Of a stretch of DNA of 64,000 bases, positions 59,460 to 64,000 are shown in pieces. Position 1 is the stretch's first letter. The number at the start of each line of letters is the position of its first letter. The position numbers and the translations under genes are program-made. Source of the DNA: Actinomycetota bacterium (GTDB lineage Bacteria; Actinomycetota; Acidimicrobiia; Spongiisociales; UBA5794); NCBI GenBank assembly GCA_030123765.1, contig JASJXX010000003.1, positions 10,795-74,794 of the forward strand, in the 5' to 3' direction. The notes beneath the pieces were generated by a model that saw nothing but the letters and a program-made list of their open reading frames with translations, searched no databases and was not told the DNA's origin.

Positions 59460-59815
59460 GGGGGCACCACCCGCACGACGGAGCGCTCGATGGAGACCGT
59501 TACCGGTATGAAGTCCGGTCCCGGAGGCACCCACCGGAACGTAACGACGCCGCGAAGGGATGTCTCGTCACCAGTTACAGCGACGGTCAGGTCTTCAGCT
59601 CCGGGTACGACGGCCAGGACGTCACGCGAGAGCGCCGACTGCACGACGGCAACTTCCGTCTCCGCGACCACTGCCCGCCGAAGAGCTGCTTCAAGGGACG
59701 TAGCTGCCGCGCTCCGGGCCAGGATCAGGAAACCGATCTGGACGATCAACGTCAACAGGATGAAAAACACGCCGATCGCGACGATGCCCTCAATCGTGTA
59801 AGAGCCCCTGTTCAG
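59456..59815 (-). CDS. tadE: TadE-like pseudopilin (probable CTG start)
   Basis: NRG|SYTIE prepilin motif plus hydrophobic helix. Confidence 0.72.
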   Translation of the reverse strand: MNRGSYTIEGIVAIGVFFILLTLIVQIGFLILARSAAATSLEAALRRAVVAETEVAVVQSALSRDVLAVVPGAEDLTVAVTGDETSLRGVVTFRWVPPGPDFIPVTVSIERSVVRVVPP

Positions 59816-59967
59816 CCGAAGAAGCCGCTGAATTGGACCGCCACGTTCGACCAGATGTCCTCGGCAGTGCCTCGCACCTGGGGCAGCAAAAGTGCAATCA
59901 CCAGAACCGCGATGGTTGCCAGCCCGAGCCACTCGACGGTGGTTGCTCCTCGTTCGTTCTTCAACAT
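59812..59967 (-). CDS. flp: Flp-type major pilin (51 aa)
   Basis: Not in the ORF track: MLKNERG|ATTVEWLGLATIAVLVIALLLPQVRGTAEDIWSNVAVQFSGFFG; AAGGAGG RBS. Confidence 0.85.
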   Translation of the reverse strand: MLKNERGATTVEWLGLATIAVLVIALLLPQVRGTAEDIWSNVAVQFSGFFG

Positions 59968-59994
59968 TGTTCATCCCTCCTTGGGATCGATAGT

Positions 59995-60771
59995 TCACGG
60001 CGCACCAGCGAGGGTGCGTAAGCCCAGCAGCGTCGGATAGATCAGGAACACGAGAGCGGTTGGAACCATAAGGGCGAGCACGGGTCCGTACGTGATGATC
60101 GCCCTCCTGCCCCCTTCGGCCGTGAGGTCTCTGGAGAGAGCGGCCCTGTAGTCGACCGCGAGATCGCCGAGGGCGTCCGCGACCCTGCCGCCCGTCGCAT
60201 GGGCATGGCTCAGGGTGTCGTAGAGTCGTCTGGCGTCGGGATGCGCCGTGGCGCGTGACGCCTCAGCGAGCGCCGCTGGCAAACCCTCTCCGGCGTCGTG
60301 TGCACACGTCACCGTACGAAGCTCTTGTGAGGCGATGCCCTGGAATTCCTCTACCACGGACCGGATCGACACGATGATCGACTCACCCGCGATCACGTGA
60401 AGTGACATCGCGTCCGCTACCACGGGGAGTTCAAATCTCAGACGACGCGCCCTGCGTTCTCTGAGGGTGGTGCGACGCATCGACCACAGCACCCATCCCG
60501 CGCCTGCGCCGAGTCCTGCCATCGCTGGACCCGAACGGGTGCCACCGGAGAGAAAGAGGTCTCCTTGAGCCACGAGCAGGCCCACGAATGCCCCACCGAT
60601 GGCAGCAAAGACTCCGGCGGCGGGGACCGCGAGCGACCATCGAGAGCGCTCTTCCTCGTCGCGTCGGGGAGAGAGATACGACTCCAGGGAGACTGCGATC
60701 GAGGCTCGCCTCGCCGGAACGACGACGAAGTACACACTGAGACCTGCGAGACATGCGGTCAGCCACGTCAT
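59995..60771 (-). CDS. tadC: TadC / T2SS-F family pilus assembly protein
   Basis: ELPVVADAMSL...AGES, HATGGRVADAL, C-terminal TM helix. Confidence 0.82.
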   Translation of the reverse strand: MTWLTACLAGLSVYFVVVPARRASIAVSLESYLSPRRDEEERSRWSLAVPAAGVFAAIGGAFVGLLVAQGDLFLSGGTRSGPAMAGLGAGAGWVLWSMRRTTLRERRARRLRFELPVVADAMSLHVIAGESIIVSIRSVVEEFQGIASQELRTVTCAHDAGEGLPAALAEASRATAHPDARRLYDTLSHAHATGGRVADALGDLAVDYRAALSRDLTAEGGRRAIITYGPVLALMVPTALVFLIYPTLLGLRTLAGAP

Positions 60772-61571
60772 GTGAAGAGCCTCGGCGCGGCGCTCAGCCT
60801 CGCTGCTCGTCGTGCGAGAATCCATCCAAGGCTCGTGGCCACGAACCCTCCCGCCACCACGACCATGCCCTCCGGCGTGTCGAAGGTCTCTGCGGCCTGT
60901 GGGTTCGTTGCGATGGAGAGTGCCAACAGGGCCCACGGGGCGATGAGTGCCACAGTTGCGGTCCAGCGCTGCTCCGTGAGCGCAGCATCGTGCGCCTTGC
61001 GGAGTCGGATCTCGTCAGCTACTGAGGCGCCGAGTGCTGCGAGCACGTCGCCCACCCGGCGACCACCGCTGCCGTGGGCGATCATCAGGGTAGCCAGCAC
61101 GCGGTCTGCGATCGGATCTTGCAGTTCGCTGCGTACTTCGAAAAGCGCGGCGTCGAATCCCGCGCCGTACATGACCTCCTCCCGGACATGAATGGCGTAT
61201 CGCTTGAAATCGCCTCCGATGCGATCCGCTGCATCCACGAAGGAGTCCGGAAGTGTCGCACCTGCAGCGACGGAGGACCGAAGATGGGCGAGAAAATCCG
61301 GCCACTGATCGGTGCGTTCACGCTCGCGCCGCTCCAGGCGGGAGAACTCGAATCGAGCGGGTATCGCCGAGCACAGCACTCCGATGGCGAGAGCAGGCGC
61401 CCTGGTGCCAAGGAGGCCGTACGCGATGATCGCGGCCAGGGCACCGGCGAACAGGGCGCCCGCTACTACGCGGAGACGGATCTTGGGAACTCGCCAAGCA
61501 ATCGACGGAATCCCTCCGACAACGAGCACCCACACGGCGCAGGCGGCCGCCAGGGCAGCGACGCCCCTCAT
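60768..61571 (-). CDS. tadB: TadB / T2SS-F family pilus assembly protein
   Basis: WPDFLAHLRSSVAAG, DPIADRV, GGRRVGDVL. Confidence 0.85.
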   Translation of the reverse strand: MRGVAALAAACAVWVLVVGGIPSIAWRVPKIRLRVVAGALFAGALAAIIAYGLLGTRAPALAIGVLCSAIPARFEFSRLERRERERTDQWPDFLAHLRSSVAAGATLPDSFVDAADRIGGDFKRYAIHVREEVMYGAGFDAALFEVRSELQDPIADRVLATLMIAHGSGGRRVGDVLAALGASVADEIRLRKAHDAALTEQRWTATVALIAPWALLALSIATNPQAAETFDTPEGMVVVAGGFVATSLGWILARRAARLSAAPRLFT

Positions 61572-62584
61572 GAGGGATCACCAAAATACTGCTCTGCATC
61601 CGTTGCACCGCCAACCCTCGCCAGGCGTGAGCGCGAGCAGACGAAGATCGGTTCGACGATGAACACGGATGGGTCCATCTGCTCAGGGACTCCGAGTATC
61701 TCGTGGACATGACGGCCATCGGGACTCCGTTTGACGAACACGACAAGGTCGATGACCGACGCGATGGTGCGCCTGAGAAATGGGATAGAGATATTCTCCC
61801 CGGCGAGCACCCCGTACGAGACAAGCTTCTCGAGTGCGTCGAGTCCCGAGTTCGCGTGGATCGTCGCCATCCCGGAGCAACCCGCGTTGAGCGCCATCAA
61901 CATGTCCAGAGCTTCAGGACCTCGCACCTCCCCAACGACGATGCGATCGGGCCGCTGCCTGAGTGCCTCTCGCACGAGGTCCCGCAGAGTGATCGCTGCG
62001 CCACCGTCGAGGCCGGACTCCCTTGTCTGCATCTGTGTCAAGTCAGGTAGGTCCACATCAATCTCGAAGACTTCCTCGCAAGTCACGACCCTGCGATCAG
62101 GAGGCACCTCGCGGAGGAGACAGTTGACAAGCGTGGTCTTCCCCGCGCCGGGAGCACCGGCGATGAGAATCGTTGCGTCCCCGACGACTGCCTGTCGCAG
62201 GAATAGTGCCGCCTCTGTCGTCATCGCTTCCCTGTCGACAAGGTCGTCCAGGTCAGAGGCGGTGACGACGAACTTGCGGATCTGGATGTTCATGCGCTCG
62301 GGGTGCGTCACGGGAGGCCCGGTGATGTGTACCCGGCTCCCGCCAGGGAGTTGGGCCGACACGATCGGATTCGCCTGATCGACCCGTCGACCGGTACCCG
62401 AGAGCAACTGATCTGCAATCCGGCGGATCGTTGCAGGATCGACAACCGTGTTGATGAGTTCCTTCACACCATTGCGGACGATGAACGTGCGGGCACCACC
62501 GATGACGATGATCTCCTCAATCATGGGATCTTCAAGAAGTTCCGCGAGGTAGCCGTAGCGCGCGCCGTGCTCCAAGGGACTCAT
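61568..62584 (-). CDS. tadA: TadA/CpaF pilus assembly ATPase
   Basis: GAPGAGKTT, CEEVFE, LRQRPDRIVVGEVRG, TIHANS. Confidence 0.92.
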   Translation of the reverse strand: MSPLEHGARYGYLAELLEDPMIEEIIVIGGARTFIVRNGVKELINTVVDPATIRRIADQLLSGTGRRVDQANPIVSAQLPGGSRVHITGPPVTHPERMNIQIRKFVVTASDLDDLVDREAMTTEAALFLRQAVVGDATILIAGAPGAGKTTLVNCLLREVPPDRRVVTCEEVFEIDVDLPDLTQMQTRESGLDGGAAITLRDLVREALRQRPDRIVVGEVRGPEALDMLMALNAGCSGMATIHANSGLDALEKLVSYGVLAGENISIPFLRRTIASVIDLVVFVKRSPDGRHVHEILGVPEQMDPSVFIVEPIFVCSRSRLARVGGATDAEQYFGDPS

Positions 62585-63624
62585 CTCGCTCCACCCGCTG
62601 CAGCAACCGAGCGAGTGAATCGCCGGCCCGGCAGCCTTGCTGCAATGGTCGCTCGTCGAACCTGCCGTCGGTCGAGGACGACCGCCACAGGCTCAAGTCC
62701 GGTCCAACGCCGGGCTGCTTCGATCATCTGGCCGCGATCCCTCACCGACACCCTGTTCAACACGAGTCTCGGCTGCGGGCCGATCCAGTCCGAAACCACT
62801 TGCGCAGCCCTCACCACACCGACGGCCGACGCGTCGACGACGAGTAACGCGTTATCCGACGCCTCGATGATCTGCCTGCCATCGGGCACTGAGCCGATAT
62901 CGAGCACCACTTCACCGAACTCTGCGGCTGCTGCGTCGATGACGCCCGCGATCATGGAAGCACGAAGCGGGGTTTCTCCCGGTCGGTGCGAACCCGTGAT
63001 CACCGAGAGTGACCCAACCTCGTGGATACACCGTTCGTCGATCGATCCTGAAGACCGTACGGCGTCGGCTGCATCGGTGAGGTCCGGGCGAGCGGGCAGT
63101 CCGAGTCTCACGGCGAGCGCAGGCGCTGCGAGATCGGCGTCGACAAGCACGACGGACGATCTCCTCGAGCGATCCATCGCGTAGGCGAGAGCAATCTCCG
63201 TGCATCCCGGCGCTCCCCGTGCTCCGACGACGACAGTGACGACGCCTCGACTCTCGACTACGACTTCACGGACGCTCGGTGCGACGAAGCGGACGGCTTG
63301 GACGAGTGCAGCGACGTCGATGGAGTCCGGGACGACTTCGTTCGCTCCTCCCTGTTCGAGGAGCTGTGCTGCGGGTGCATCCCCGACCGGATGAACTCCG
63401 ATCACGCCGAAGCCCAGCCGACGCCATGTCATGATCTGCCTCGGCGTCACCCAGGCAATCTCGCCACCTGCCACGACAACGTCGATCTCGCTCGACCTGG
63501 TCTCGATCTCTGAGGGCTGGTACGCCCTCAGCACGATTCGGAGCGAAGCGGTCTCCCTCGCGTAGGCGACGAGTCCCGGCTCCCATTCCCGGGCCGACAG
63601 CACCGTTGCGACACGGATCGTCAC
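62581..63624 (-). CDS. CpaE/TadZ (Ssd-like) protein: receiver-like domain plus degenerate MinD/ParA domain
   Basis: GARGAPGCT deviant P-loop, LVDADL, VVLDIG, LVLNRV. Confidence 0.78.
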   Translation of the reverse strand: MTIRVATVLSAREWEPGLVAYARETASLRIVLRAYQPSEIETRSSEIDVVVAGGEIAWVTPRQIMTWRRLGFGVIGVHPVGDAPAAQLLEQGGANEVVPDSIDVAALVQAVRFVAPSVREVVVESRGVVTVVVGARGAPGCTEIALAYAMDRSRRSSVVLVDADLAAPALAVRLGLPARPDLTDAADAVRSSGSIDERCIHEVGSLSVITGSHRPGETPLRASMIAGVIDAAAAEFGEVVLDIGSVPDGRQIIEASDNALLVVDASAVGVVRAAQVVSDWIGPQPRLVLNRVSVRDRGQMIEAARRWTGLEPVAVVLDRRQVRRATIAARLPGRRFTRSVAAAGGAR

Positions 63625-63998
63625 GGTGCAACCCTCACGAGGTCGATGCCACCGGTCCTCGTCGCTGAGACGATCAAGCCAGCCAGATCGTCGTCAACGG
63701 CGAGGAGAAGATTCACACGCCCCCTATCGACAGAAGACTCCGACGCGACCACGTCCACGACGTAGACATCTGTGGCCAGCAGTTCAGTTCTCGAGTCGGT
63801 GTCAAAGCCACCGTCCATCGTGACATATACATCGACACGGTCCCCCGCGGCAAGCCTGCCAAGCACGGCGTGAGCCCCATCGAGGGAGAGAGCGATCACG
63901 TTCGGGAACTCGACGAGCTCCGGTGGTTGAAGTAGCGATCCGATGAGTGGCTCGCCCTCCGCGAGCGGAACACGGAGAGACCACTCCGCCAGATCGCC
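63621..63998 (-). CDS. SAF/CpaB (RcpC)-like protein; 5' end lies outside the window
   Basis: Frame open to the window edge: LRVPLAEGEPLI...LAAGDRVDVYVT...VNLLLAV...IDLVRV. Confidence 0.72.
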   Translation of the reverse strand, partial: GDLAEWSLRVPLAEGEPLIGSLLQPPELVEFPNVIALSLDGAHAVLGRLAAGDRVDVYVTMDGGFDTDSRTELLATDVYVVDVVASESSVDRGRVNLLLAVDDDLAGLIVSATRTGGIDLVRVAP

Positions 63999-64000
63999 GA

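Noticed and set aside
1-64000. CRISPR arrays, rRNA, IS transposases, integrases, retron/RT or toxin-antitoxin genes
   Set aside because: No regularly spaced repeats or diagnostic motifs were found by eye; short diverged elements could have been missed.

Overview
High-GC actinobacterial chromosome segment; gene content and the TCGAAC-N4-GTTCGA SOS boxes suggest Acidimicrobiia (inferred). It is mostly core genome: tRNA-Val/Cys/Gly, dut, nrdR-LysM<>lexA, dapF-miaA-miaB-rny-recA-thpR-cinA-rimO, ftsK-rnj-dapA, dapB, M16 peptidase, arfB, yajQ, serC, dnaE2, dxs and a Tad/Flp pilus operon at the right edge. The best candidate for an undescribed system is a 5.2-kb five-gene cassette at 14792-19988, flanked by an 8-bp direct repeat. 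It encodes a divergent KamA-family radical-SAM/PLP aminomutase in which the two Asp residues that bind lysine appear replaced by Arg/Thr, a PcaIJ-type CoA-transferase, a GSA/beta-amino-acid-type class III aminotransferase and a divergent RpiR regulator. This suggests an uncharacterised catabolic route for a dicarboxylic amino acid, for example 2-aminoadipate -> 3-aminoadipate -> 3-oxoadipate -> 3-oxoadipyl-CoA. Other notable items: a CobT/CobS-like VWA-AAA+ pair whose ATPase has reciprocally swapped Walker A/B residues (GKD / SE); an AroQ-alpha/beta-hydrolase fusion; a truncated, diverged yajQ 5' copy; a primase remnant at the tRNA-Val 3' end; a stand-alone SOS-boxed dnaE2; an A-rich structured rny leader; pervasive leaderless promoters; and two probable CTG starts. 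All calls come from reading the sequence by eye, with no database searches.
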